A stretch of DNA of 64,000 nt, from positions 56,358,001 through 56,422,000 of the forward strand of contig NC_134478.1 of assembly GCF_964194025.1 (NCBI RefSeq), read 5' to 3'. Under the pieces are notes generated by a model that saw nothing but the letters and a program-made list of their open reading frames with translations, was not told where the DNA came from and made no database searches. Of this stretch, positions 38,101-47,894 are shown one piece after another (position 1 is the stretch's first letter; every line of letters begins with the position of its first letter). The stretch is from Convolutriloba macropyga. Taxonomy: Eukaryota. The position numbers and the translations under genes are program-made.

Positions 38101-41100
38101 TAAATCAGTAAATAGGCTCATATGTTCCTCCATCACAAGAGTCCATACCCTTGAGACCTTTCATTTTTCAGAACTTCTCTTGGGACTGCAAGAAGAAAGG
38201 CATTTAAAGACAAAATTGAAATAAATTGTTAAATTCTTCTAGAAAACGGCGTCGAAGCCGTTAGAACCATAATCTATTCCTTAAAAAATTATAAATTAAA
38301 TTGTGCCTATTTTCTAAACACCAACAGATCGATAAGTGTCCTATGGATAATTTAATATTGTGACAAAACCGGTGGAAATTGGAAAATGACCAAAAATCAA
38401 TTTATTCTGAAACTAGTAGTTTTGAAGCCAGAAAACATTTACTTAAACCGTAAAGCCGCAATAGAGATTAGAATTGAATTAACCTTAAGATGCATTCTTT
38501 GCTGAAATTAAGTTGGAAGTTAAACAAAAAGAAGTGAAAAATATAGGCAATGCTCTATAATCCCTTGTTTATTTTGAAAACAAATGAGTTTAAAAGTCAA
38601 AACGACTAGAAGCTTTCGACTAAAATGATTTAACACATTATCTGGCAGTCGTTCAGGAAACCAATTGGACCTGTCAGTAGTGAGCCTTGATATGATTTGT
38701 ACTGTTCTGTTATTAACATAAAAAAGTCGATTATTTTCTTCTTTAATCCGGATTATTATGAGTGGTCTTTTTTATGAGTTTCTTCGCTTGAGCAATTTTT
38801 GTCTAATACATTTGATTTTTCGTTCCCAATAACGGGATAAACAGGTAGCGCTCAGAGGGCATTAATGTCCTGTAGATCCTTACGCCCTACCAGTCTCTAA
38901 GATTGCGATTCACCAAAAATGTTTTTGAGGAGACAGTTTTATTGTATGAAGGGCGGTTACTTATCTTAAAAGTTGGAACCCCTCTCAATCACACCAGCCT
39001 CCTCCCCCCCCTCTCCCGTTCAACCGGCCCCACTCACATCAAGTCCCACCTTTAGACCACCCTCCTCCACCTGGCGCTTTGTACCCCCCTCTCGTCCATC
39101 CCTCCCATTCCTATCGCTCTTCTTGACCCCCCCCCCCCCCCCCACTCTTCTCACCCCCTCACAATGATATCATCTAAGCCCCAATTGGGTTCTATCGAAG
39201 CCAACACCTCGCTGATCGTTGGACAGCCATTTGCACAACGTTAGTTGGTTATGTTTTTTCTATTGCTATTATATAGTCTCCAGTGGTTCGATATGTCGCG
39301 ATAGCTTTTCGTCAAAATAATTTAATTGAATTTTACCTCGGATATTGAACTAAAGTGATTCTGAGGCTTGTGTCCATTCTTGGCCTTGAATTTGGTTTTT
39401 AACAATATTGCAACAACTATTTTTCTAAGACAATATTGTTAGCCTAAAAAAAACTGAAGAGCACTTGTGCAAACATCTTAAAACACTCACGTGCACATTT
39501 TAAAATGCGGAAAGTCTGCAGTGCCAGAAGTCAAAATGCCAGAAGTTGCTACGTAGCCAGAAGTTGACTTTGCTCAATTTTGTCATTTTTAAACGTGCGC
39601 GATTCGTGTTTTAAGCATGGTTAAGTGACTCTGCAGAAGTCACTTCGAAATTCTGACTTAATAAACGCCAGAGTCACTTAACCATTACTTCATCATATGC
39701 ATCTTTTTCTTGATTTAAATTGCTATCGCTCCGAACGAAATCCTTCAATCCCCACGAAAAACGAATATAAAACAAATGTGATCACCTGAAACGTTGGTTG
39801 GTTGGATTTTAAGCGACTGCGGTCGTTATTCAAATGCCTTAATGGTGGCTTATTCAAATGCTTGCAGCTATTTATTCTTACAGGAATAAAATCTCGATCC
39901 TTCCTAATTTGCAGCCCTATTCAAATATGTTTAATTGCTCTCGAACAAAGTTTGAAACGTTTATTGAAGAAGTATGTGTCTTTTTTATGCAAAATTTTTG
40001 CTTTTCCTGTTTTCAAGAACATTCTTTTGGTTTCACTTTTCGAGTGACTTTTTCACGCTTGATTTTTTTGATGTTTACGGGTTCGAACCCCTCCCTACCT
40101 TTTTGTAGAAGTTTTAGGCAAGTTTCTCTAGACTCGGACCCCTTTTAAATTGTTTGCCTCGCCAGTCGTCCGAAAGCAATTCATCCGACGTTAGTTAGTT
40201 TGTTTTGTTTTTGTAAGTATTGTCTCACCCAACGAGCGGAGAGAACGTAAATAATTTTCAAGTGTTCAATGAAGATTGAAAAGAGAAGAATTCTGAATTT
40301 TATGTAGAACAAGACTGATGATATAGAGAGCGATTGAGAAGAATGAAGAATTCTTCAACAAAACAAACACTTCCTTATTTGAACTTTTAATGAGCAAAAA
40401 CTTTGGATTCCGAATCAAAGTTTGATAACAAAGATTTGTATTAATCCATTATTTCTAAGTTCAAAGTTTTGTTTAGGATGTTTGACAGTGTTCACGTTTG
40501 GTATGAAAATCCCGGCAGGACTCTTCATTCCAAGCATGGCAGTGGGTGCTATTTTTGGACGGATAGTGGGCATCGCACTCCAGCAGATAGCTTACCACAA
40601 CCCTGATGTCTATCCATTCAACGAGGACTGCACTTCCACCTTTGATTGTATCACACCTGGCTTCTATGCTATGGTGGGTGCGGCTGCTGTCTTGGCTGGG
40701 GTGACTAGAATGACTGTGAGCTTGGTGGTCATCATGTTCGAACTAACTGGTTAGTTTGTGACCTTACAATGCACAGATGAAAAAGGCTGGCTAGAATTAA
40801 GATCTGAACTGTGGAGAAAATTTGCTATTTCCGAAGGCTTCCTTGGATGAATTCGCGTATTTAAGGTGCGAGTAAATTTACACGGATTAGTAAGAGAGAG
40901 ATCCGTTTTGCAATCTTAATACATAGGACGGTGTTGTTTTAAATGAGATTTTTCTTACTTTTTTCCGGGTTTAAGCAATTATTAACATGTAAGGTTATTG
41001 AGAATATTGCTTTTATATATTATGTAAGTGAAATCCAGGCTATTTTGGTAAAATCCGGTCCCTTAAATTCAACAGTTCTTACTTGGCAACGGCCGTTTAA

Positions 41101-44100
41101 TGTTCCAAATGTTGTACTACAGGTGGTCTGTTGTACATTGTGCCTCTGATGGTGGCCACAATGACAGCCAAATGGGTTGGGGACAGTATATGTAAACACG
41201 GCATATATGACGAACACATCCGCCTGAATGGATACCCCTTCCTGGACAACAAACAGGAGACCCACTCCCAACAATCTCTGGCTGCCGGTGACATCATGAA
41301 ACCCAGACCCAGTGATCCACCTCTGCAGGTAAAAATCTGTTGCCTTCAAAACTGTGGACACTTTTTTATGAGTTGATGCTAATCAAACAAAGCGTGTTTT
41401 TTATCGGTTATGTTACGTGACTCTACTTGGAGTCACAGAAGTTCTGGCGTTTATCGGGACCCTTTGGAGATAGAATTTCGAAGTAACTACTGAAGTGTCA
41501 CGTAAATAATACTTAAAACACTCACGTGTACATTTTGAAATGCCGAAAGTATGCAGAGGCAGAAGTTGAAATGTCAGAAGTTCCTATATAATTAGCAGGA
41601 AGTATGACTTCCAATTTTTGACATCTTAAAACGTGTAAATTCCGTTTTTTTTAAGTAATGGTTACGTGACTCTTATTGAAGTCACTGAGAATTTCTGGCG
41701 TTTATCGAGAACCGCGAAGCCATTCGAGATATTAAGTCAGAATTTCGAAGTGATTTCTGCAGAGTCACTTAACTATGCTTAAAACACGAAACGCGCACGT
41801 TTTAAAATGACGAAAGTCAACGAATGTAAACTTCTGGCTCAGTAGCAACTTCTGGTATTTTAACTTCTGGCACTGCAGACTTTCGGCATTTTAAAATGTG
41901 CACGTGAGTGTCTTAAGCAAGGTTCGATATTCTGATTTAATGTCTCAAACGGGTACGAGGTTCTCGATAAACGGCAGAAGTTTTTAGTGACTTCAAACAG
42001 AGTCACGTAATCGTTTCTTAAAACACACAACTTGAAGTTTGAAAAGCGTCAGAAGTTCATGGAAGTAATCTTTAGCTATGTATATAGGCTCTTCTAGCAC
42101 TTTAGGTTTCGGCGTTTTAAAACGTCCTGCAACTTATGATAATTGCCAGTTCTAAAAGGTTGTTATGCTTCGAGATAAATTAAGTATTTGAAAAGGAATT
42201 ATTTCCAATTTCCCCACGCGTAACTTTGTAATGTAAGCAACTTGAATTGCTGCTGTTTCCATCCTTAAAATTTCCGTCTCCAAAAAGAGGCGAAGCACAT
42301 TAGGGTGATTTTTAAATTTAAAAAATATGGGTTACAGGTGGTTATTCCAGCTGGAGTAGAAAAGACCCGCAGAATGATCAAGGTCATGTTTTTTTGTTGT
42401 ATTGTATTTTTGTAGCTCGCCTATGTAGCAGAGGGAACATTGATGGTCGATCTAGTGGGGGAGGGGATAAGAGTATGTTCTTAGATTGAATTTGGTTCTT
42501 CGTAGACTTCTCTTGAGTTTGTTGCGTACAAAGAGATCTGGAGTAGACAACAGTTTAATTGCTCTCAAACGAAGTTCGTGACAATTATATTAGTCCTGCG
42601 GTCTTGCTTAATGCGATTTTTTTGTCTGACCCTTTTAACTTTTTTGTCCATTAAGTGGGCTCTCTTAGAGCCTTAGGCCTTACTAGTCTCTAAGTGTGCC
42701 ATTCGCCAAATCTGTTTTGAGGAAACAACTTCATGGTGTGAAGGGTGGTTCTTTATCGTAAAAGTTTATCCACTTCTCCCTCTCCTTAGTCAACACTACG
42801 CTCCCCCTAACCCCTAACACGCCCCCCCCCCCCGTCAACCACCTACGCTTGATGCAGAGGGAATCATGGAAATTGTTTTGGAGAAAAAAATTGATTTTGA
42901 AGAGTGGTTTTTAAAGTGTCACCCCCGCACTTCAAGTCGCAACCCCCCTCCCAAAAAAAGAGTCTGCACACCCTGCACATCATTCCACCTGCAACCCTGC
43001 ACGCTCGACCCGACGACGTGCTCACTACCCCCATGCTCACCCCATGACCCACCAATGAAGCTAAAGCTAGCCTCCCTAAATGGTAGCTAGATATTGACAA
43101 AACCAGCCGCTTGGCAGTGGTTTGAGAGCAATTCGCCCATTTCTCACGTTTAAGTAACAAAAATAATCTAAAGGTTCTTGAGCAAATGAACATATACGAG
43201 AATGAAGAAAAAGAATTTGCTTCGGATTGAAAAAATAGTAATAAAAAGACAGGAATTTTGAGTTTTGCAATTTGTAACTTTGTCGAAAGTCTCACAAAAC
43301 TAAATTCTCACATCTTGAATTGACCAGAAATGGCACTAAGTTTTTCGTCTGAAATATTAGACTTTTCCTACAGAGAAGCGCCTGTGCAGTTGTCTTCTAG
43401 TTTAACTTGATCTCCACTATCACCAACTCTCCCACTTGCCAAAGCGATTCGTCCAATATTCAGGGCGCAAATTTTTTTACGCACTCTCCTTTATTACAGT
43501 TCAAAGAGTTTGAATCGTATGGGGCGCTGTCTTTTTTTAAGATCTGTTCACACTTGATTTTTGACGTCAAATTGGAGTTGTGATTTTGGTCACGGCGAAA
43601 CAGGAAGTGGAGCAAAAAAGCGAGTGGTTTTGTGGCGGGATTTTTTTACTCGAATTTAAATTTAGAGTGAGAAAACGGTGTTTGAAGACATTGGCTTTCT
43701 CGATTGTGATTTTTTGTTCACATGCGGCAATTTGACTCTGATTTTTACTGTTTTTTCTATTTTGTTCATTCTTTTTTTTCTAACAGGTTTTCCAAATCAA
43801 TTCATTGTTAATAGCCACGTCCTCAATTCTAGGCGGCTATTATAGCGCTCCTATTTTTTTTACAATTCTATTTTTTTTACAATTCTAAAAAAAACGACTT
43901 CTGAGCTCACTCATGAAACTTTAAATTTTATGAACGTTTACTTATTAAAGGTCAATAGTGTGCATCTAAGTAGTGCCAAACATATGCCCTAATTCTTGAA
44001 TATTAGAGTCTTGAGTTTTTGATTTCGAATATTAATTTTGGGATCTTTTCCGTTTGTGCCCCCCCCCCCCAAATGTTGCACGTGCATCTCTGGGAGGTGC

Positions 44101-47100
44101 AAATAATATGCGCCCACTAAGCTGAGGGGACACAAACGGAAAAGATCCTAATTTTGAAAAGCGCTATTAGGGCTTTTTCCTTATAGAGCTTATGTGTCTC
44201 ATAAAAATGACAGTCCGAAGCTAACCCAAAAAGTCTAGTGGTCTATTAAAGGACTGGTGGTCGATCTGTCTATTTTATAGACAGAGAAGCGCCTGTGCAG
44301 TTGTCTTCTAGTTTAACTTGATCTCCACTATCACCAACTCTCCCACTTGCCAAAGCGATTCGTCCAAAATTCAGGGCGCAAATTTTTTTACGCACTCTCC
44401 TTTATTACAGTTCAAAGAGTTTGAATCGTATGGGGCGCTGTCTTTTTTTAAGATCTGTTCACACTTGATTTTTGACGTCAAATTGGAGTTGTGATTTTGG
44501 TCACGGCGAAACAGGAAGTGGAGCAAAAAAGCGAGTGGTTTTGTGGCGGGATTTTTTTACTCGAATTTAAATTTAGAGTGAGAAAACGGTGTTTGAAGAC
44601 ATTGGCTTTCTCGATTGTGATTTTTTGTTCACATGCGGCAATTTGACTCTGATTTTTACTGTTTTTTCTATTTTGTTCATTCTTTTTTTTCTAACAGGTT
44701 TTCCAAATCAATTCATTGTTAATAGCCACGTCCTCAATTCTAGGCGGCTATTATAGCGCTCCTATTTTTTTACAATTCAAAGAATTTGAATTGTATCGGG
44801 GCGCTGTCTTTTTTTAAGATCTGTTCACACATTTTCACGATTTTTGAAGTCAAATTGGAGTAGTGATATTGGTCACGCCGAAACAGGAAATGGAGCGAAA
44901 AAGCGAGTGGTTTTGCGGCGTTAATTTTTTCGCTCTAATTTTAAAGTAGAGTGAGAAATCGGTGTTTGAACAAAAATTCGGTTTCTCGGTAGTGGTTTTT
45001 GTTCACATGCGGCAATTTCACTCTGATTTTTACTGTTTTTTCGATTTTTTGTTTCGAATTTTTTTAAATGGTTTTCCCAATCCATTCACAGCTCATTCTA
45101 GGCCTAGTTTTTTTGTTTAAATTATTTTTACATTTCGCGCTAGTGGTTTTTTGTTCACATGCGGCATTTAGACATTGATTTTCTGTTTTTTTTTCTTATT
45201 TTTTTTATCTGATTTTTTTAATGGTTTTCTCAATTCAATCATAGTCCATTCTAGGTCTAGTTATTCTGTTTAGTCAATGAAAATTCTTTGAATTGTACGT
45301 CAGGACTTGTCCTGTTATGTTTTTTTACTTCGTCTAACAGATTTTTGTTTCGTCTTACCGTGACTTCTTGGAATTGACTTTTTCAATGACTTACCTCACT
45401 AAAAAAACGACTTCTGAGCTCACTCATGAAACTTTAAATTTTATGAACGTTTACTTATTAAAGGTCAATAGTGTGCATCTAAGTAGTGCCAAACATATGC
45501 CCTAATTCTTGAATATTAGAGTCTTGAGTTTTTGATTTCGAATATTAATTTTGGGATCTTTTCCGTTTGTGCCCCCCCCCCAAATGTTGCACGTGCATCT
45601 CTGGGAGGTGCAAATAATATGCGCGCACTAAGCTGAGGGGACACAAATGGAAAAGATCCTAATTTTGAAAAGCGCTATTAGGGCTTTTTCCTTATAGAGC
45701 TTATGTGTCTCATAAAAATGACAGTCCGAAGCTAACCCAAAAAGTCTAGTGGTCTATTAAAGGACTGGTGGTCGATCTGTCTATTTTATTTCTATAGTTG
45801 TTTCAATTCATGTAACGCCACAAGCGTCTATCGCGGCTATTTTCCGGCAATCTGCCGGCTATGTTCTATTCTAGATCTAGTTTTTGTTTAGTCAATGTAA
45901 ATTTTTTGATTTGTTTGTCAGGACTTGTCCTGCCATGTTTTTTTTTAATTCGCTGTACCTTTTGATCACGTTTTTCGTTTTACATAAGTCAAGATTTTCA
46001 CGCTTCACTTCTGACTTACTTCACTCACGGTTTCAACTGAATGGATTTTAAATTTTTTCACGCATTGGTTTACGCAATGTACTGGATGCAGTCGAATTGC
46101 AAAATCAAAAGAAACGGTATAAACCGATTATGCCCGGTCTTTAAGTCATAGAGCATTAGGTTATCAAATTTTATTATAGTGATTGCTAGCTGACATTAGT
46201 GTTAAACTTTATAGCCTGCGGTTCAGAAGCTGAATTAAGAATAGTTTTAGGATCTAACTGAAACTGCACTCCAAATTAGAACACTTGAACTGAAAAAAAA
46301 CAGAAAAAAATTGGTCAATTTTTTTATCTTTTGTTTCAATCCCCCCGGTGTGCATCAAGTGCGTCAACGGCGGCTAATTTCAGACAATTTGCCGGCTATT
46401 TTTTATAACAGTTGAGGAGACTATTTTATGGTGTGAAGGGCCCACAATACTCCCGCCGTCCACCATACTCCACCTTGCGATTTGGATCACCCTCTCGTCC
46501 AGCATCCCCAACCGTACCACTCGCTTAATCCCTTTCCCCACTGCGCTCACCCCCTCCCTAATACTATTATCCCTAAGACCTAGCTGGCTGCTACCGAAGC
46601 CAACCGATCCCCGTTCGTTTGTGAGCATTTCGCCTGACGTTAGTCGGTTATGTTTAATAGCCGGCCCTCATCTTCTCAGCCGGCTATTATATCGGGACTA
46701 TTTTTCACAATTCACTCGCTAAATTTGTCATCACAATCAAGTGTTTCATTTTTACTCAGATGTTGTAAGTTGAACGTACGCTATAATGCAGCTCTTCTAT
46801 GTTTACCGTCACATGTTTACTCTCAGGTATACTTTTGGTATAGATGCTTCAGCACCCGTCGCAGTAAATTCAAATTTTTAGATTACATCCGGTTACTAAC
46901 ATGGTCAAGTTCAGCTACCTAATAACGTTTTAGCATGACTTGAACAAACTTGTGTTACAAATTTAACTTATATCCAGCCTCTCGCCCCTCCCTCCCCCCC
47001 GGCCCAAAAAACCTAATGTTCCCCGTTTTTCTACTCGTTGTCTTTGCCTTCTCTTAAGCTTACGTCTGTCTAGCTAAGCCAAAGCTAGCCACTATTGAAG

Positions 47101-47894
47101 CCAGCTACTCGCCAGTCATCCGAAAGCATTTCGTTTGACGTTAGTTGCTTATGTTTTATATTTTTGATTGGCGTATTCTTTGCACCATCAGCGTATTGAT
47201 TGTTTGACGTCAGCCATAATGTCTCAAGAAAATTGAGTATGGAATGGGTTGGAATTTAATGTCTCGATGTACATTTTTGAGTAACATCGGTAGACTTTTT
47301 GAAGCCAAAATTTCCTGTCCATAATTGTTCATTGTAAATTATAGGTCATGTTATTATATTCAGTATATCGGCTGTAACGTTAGTAGAATACGTAAAAATT
47401 TGAAGCAGTTTATGTTCCAATTGACATGTTTTCAGGTGTTGACTCTCGATGACATGACCTTCGAGCAAGTTAACGCGGTAGCTGAAAATACGAAATTCAA
47501 TGGATTCCCGCTTGTCCTGGACAGAGAAACCTATCGTCTCTGTGGCTACGTACTAAGACGCGACCTCAAACTGGCTCTCAAAAATGCCCAAGCTATCAAT
47601 CCAAACGTGGTGAGCCAATCAAAGGTTTTCTTTACTTCTGAGATACCTTACGACGAGTCACAAAACGTAGGACCTGCACCCCTGAAACTCCGAAGAATTG
47701 TGGAACTGAGTCCTTTCCAGATAACAGTGCAAACGCCAATGGATACAATTTTGGATGTGTTTGTCAAATTGGGTTTGAGAACGCTTTTGGTGACAAATAA
47801 CGGAAGGCTGCTCGGGATTATTACGAAAAAGGATGTATTACGTCATATTGCCCAAATTACAAATCAAGATCCAAGTGATTTTTTGTTTCATTAA
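1823..47894 (+). CDS. CLCN3: H+/Cl- exchange transporter, ClC-3/4/5 clade; join(1823-2195,4067-4357,21521-21733,25414-25585,33996-34537,35222-35476,40477-40749,41123-41328,47436-47894), 927 aa
   Basis: All 8 introns are GT-AG with matching phases (1,1,1,2,1,1,1,0); total 2784 nt. Motifs: [21 protein letters not shown] (gating Glu), LFSLEE (proton Glu), GLFIP, MFELTGGL, two CBS domains, C-terminus DPSDFLFH. The symbol denotes the CLCN3/4/5 co-ortholog. Confidence 0.93.
2797..3857 (+). mobile_element. Helentron-type non-autonomous element (family H2, subTIR ATAGCCGC) with a nested H3 element at ~2848-3410
   Basis: 5' tttaATAGCCGC...ggctatt; 3' GCGGCTAT + stem-loop ctggca-atc-tgccag + ctatgttt. 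Nested element runs ACAATTCAAAGAATTTGAATTGT ... TTTGAATTGT-acgt-CAGGACttGTCCTG. Confidence 0.7.
4067..4357 (+). CDS. CLCN3: CLC exon 2
   Basis: taacag|GA...TTAG|gttagt; [21 protein letters not shown]...AWICVFL. Confidence 0.92.
4560..7731 (+). mobile_element. Degenerate CR1/L2-type non-LTR retrotransposon (ORF1 + APE-RT ORF2) in CLC intron 2
   Basis: ORF1-like ...IGLGRP...[10 protein letters not shown] (5051-5263). APE motifs LNCRGL, IETRL, GGACI, VYHPP, LDL, SDH (5473-6030). RT remnants YRPISNLPK (~6750), LYADDSK (~6893-6913), DLGVTIS (~7078). Ends AATAAA + (TAC)4 at 7709-7732. Many stops and frameshifts; 5' boundary approximate. Confidence 0.85.
8049..8208 (+). repeat. 5' LTR of BEL/Pao element (160 bp)
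   Basis: TGTTCCCAATG...TTCATTACA; differs from the 3' LTR by 3 substitutions and 2 indels. Confidence 0.93.
8499..8733 (+). repeat. Array of CAGACGTCACC motifs (~40-bp spacing, ~80-bp dimeric unit)
   Basis: Six exact copies near 8499, 8539, 8579, 8619, 8659, 8692, plus a degenerate one at ~8723. Confidence 0.9.
9055..11160 (+). repeat. 175-bp tandem satellite, about 12 copies, inside the retrotransposon leader
   Basis: Anchor ATTGCATCT at 9241, 9416, 9591, 9766 (period 175), continuing with increasing divergence to about 11150. Confidence 0.92.
12212..18735 (+). pseudogene. BEL/Pao gag-pol polyprotein, disrupted by frameshifts and stops
   Basis: Gag [21 protein letters not shown] and three Cys/His knuckles (CEKC..H..C, CSNC..H..C, CQTC..HH); protease [11 protein letters not shown]; [15 protein letters not shown]; RNase [23 protein letters not shown]; integrase [26 protein letters not shown]; C-terminal WPLGRV. 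Confidence 0.92.
18918..19073 (+). repeat. 3' LTR of BEL/Pao element (156 bp)
   Basis: Near-identical to 8049-8208; terminal CA mutated to TA; followed by TSD AGTAG. Confidence 0.93.
19132..20430 (+). mobile_element. Helentron-type element (family H1, subTIR ATTGCTCTC) with nested family H4 copy at ~19718-20152
   Basis: 5' tttaATTGCTCTCgaacgaagtttgatGCAAT; 3' GAGAGCAAT + ccgat-gtta-gtcgg + ttgtttt; internal C-rich tracts. Confidence 0.7.
21259..21417. mobile_element. Merlin-like MITE (159 bp), 8-bp TSD GTTTTGAA
   Basis: TIRs GGATCTATTCTGCCCCCCCC / GGGGGGGACAGAGTAGATCC; GTTTTGAA at 21251-21258 and 21418-21425. Confidence 0.8.
21521..21733 (+). CDS. CLCN3: CLC exon 3
   Basis: ttttag|TC...ATTG|gtcagt; [27 protein letters not shown]...REQCCW...WQTWSELI. 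Confidence 0.92.
21988..24080 (+). mobile_element. Helentron-type element (family H4, subTIR ACGACTCGAAG), directly followed by an H3 element
   Basis: 5' tttttACGACTCGAAGaggagt; 3' CTTCGAGTCGc + ccgg-aattctc-ccgg + ctatgttt. Confidence 0.6.
24081..24650 (+). mobile_element. Helentron-type element family H3 (~560 bp); other copies ~2848-3410, ~43497-43800, ~44407-44712, ~44768-45325, ~51795-52175
   Basis: Shared body GGGGCGCTGTC...GGTCACGCCGAAACAGGAAATGGAGCGAAAAAGCGAGTGG; palindromic 5' end; 3' CAGGACTTGTCCTG-CTATGTTT. Confidence 0.8.
25414..25585 (+). CDS. CLCN3: CLC exon 4 (absent from the ORF track)
   Basis: tttcag|CT...AAGGG|gtgagt; ...[32 protein letters not shown]. Confidence 0.95.
25648..27047 (+). 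mobile_element. Helentron-type element family H2
   Basis: 5' ttaATAGCCGCG; 3' atCGCGGCTATtttccgacaatctgccggctatgttt. Its 3' body recurs at ~28500-28950 and ~45400-45865. Confidence 0.65.
30379..33259 (+). mobile_element. Head-to-tail dimer of family H1 Helentron-type elements (~30379-31830 and ~31829-33259)
   Basis: Two similar ~1.45-kb units, each starting ttaattgct...aaacgaagtttg and ending gagagc(a/c)attcgc..cgaYgttagtcgg..tgttt. Internal degenerate repeats, plus a 12-bp repeat at 30740-30792. Confidence 0.75.
33996..34537 (+). CDS. CLCN3: CLC exon 5
   Basis: ttttag|A...ACAG|gtaagt; [11 protein letters not shown]...[12 protein letters not shown]...[20 protein letters not shown]. Confidence 0.96.
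35222..35476 (+). CDS. CLCN3: CLC exon 6
   Basis: ctgcag|GT...AAAG|gttagg; LIYRLFRDC...LCDY...[19 protein letters not shown]. Confidence 0.93.
36400..38420 (+). repeat. Old, degenerate ~340-bp tandem array (about 6 units)
   Basis: Anchors recur about every 325-370 bp: GTCGAAGCCGTTA-like (~36550, 36875, 37245, 37590, 37915, 38250); TTGAGACCTGTCATT-like (~36465, 37150, 37502, 37820, 38151); GTGATATGTGAC-like (~36623, 36967, 37321, 37663, 37992). Confidence 0.65.
40477..40749 (+). CDS. CLCN3: CLC exon 7
   Basis: gtttag|GA...ACTG|gttagt; [15 protein letters not shown]...[33 protein letters not shown]. Confidence 0.96.
41123..41328 (+). CDS. CLCN3: CLC exon 8
   Basis: ctacag|GT...CAG|gtaaaa; [10 protein letters not shown]...KWVGD...[16 protein letters not shown]. 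Confidence 0.95.
41410..42120. repeat. Foldback-type repeat made of direct and inverted ~190-bp modules; a related module lies at 39477-39690
   Basis: 41511-41700 (CTTAAAACACTCACGTG...) is inverted relative to 41730-41917 (...CACGTGAGTGTCTTAAG). Confidence 0.75.
43369..45789 (+). repeat. Recent local duplication with A-B-A-C-B structure
   Basis: A ~43369-43868 = ~44281-44778; B ~43888-44278 = ~45401-45789; the copies are nearly identical. Confidence 0.88.
44041..44148. mobile_element. Merlin-like MITE (108 bp), 8-bp TSD TAATTTTG; duplicated copy at 45554-45659
   Basis: TIR GGATCTTTTCCGTTTGTG / CACAAACGGAAAAGATCC; TSD 44033-44040 and 44149-44156. Empty sites of the host repeat are visible at ~26845 and ~28742. 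Confidence 0.85.
47436..47894 (+). CDS. CLCN3: CLC exon 9 (CBS1/CBS2, stop)
   Basis: tttcag|GTG; FNGFPLV...GYVLRRDL...[27 protein letters not shown]...TAA. Confidence 0.96.
   Translation: MLTLDDMTFEQVNAVAENTKFNGFPLVLDRETYRLCGYVLRRDLKLALKNAQAINPNVVSQSKVFFTSEIPYDESQNVGPAPLKLRRIVELSPFQITVQTPMDTILDVFVKLGLRTLLVTNNGRLLGIITKKDVLRHIAQITNQDPSDFLFH

Noticed and set aside
38973-39167. Pro-rich ORF (similar ones at 30613, 42866, 46380)
   Set aside because: Translations of C-rich tracts inside the Helentron-type repeats.
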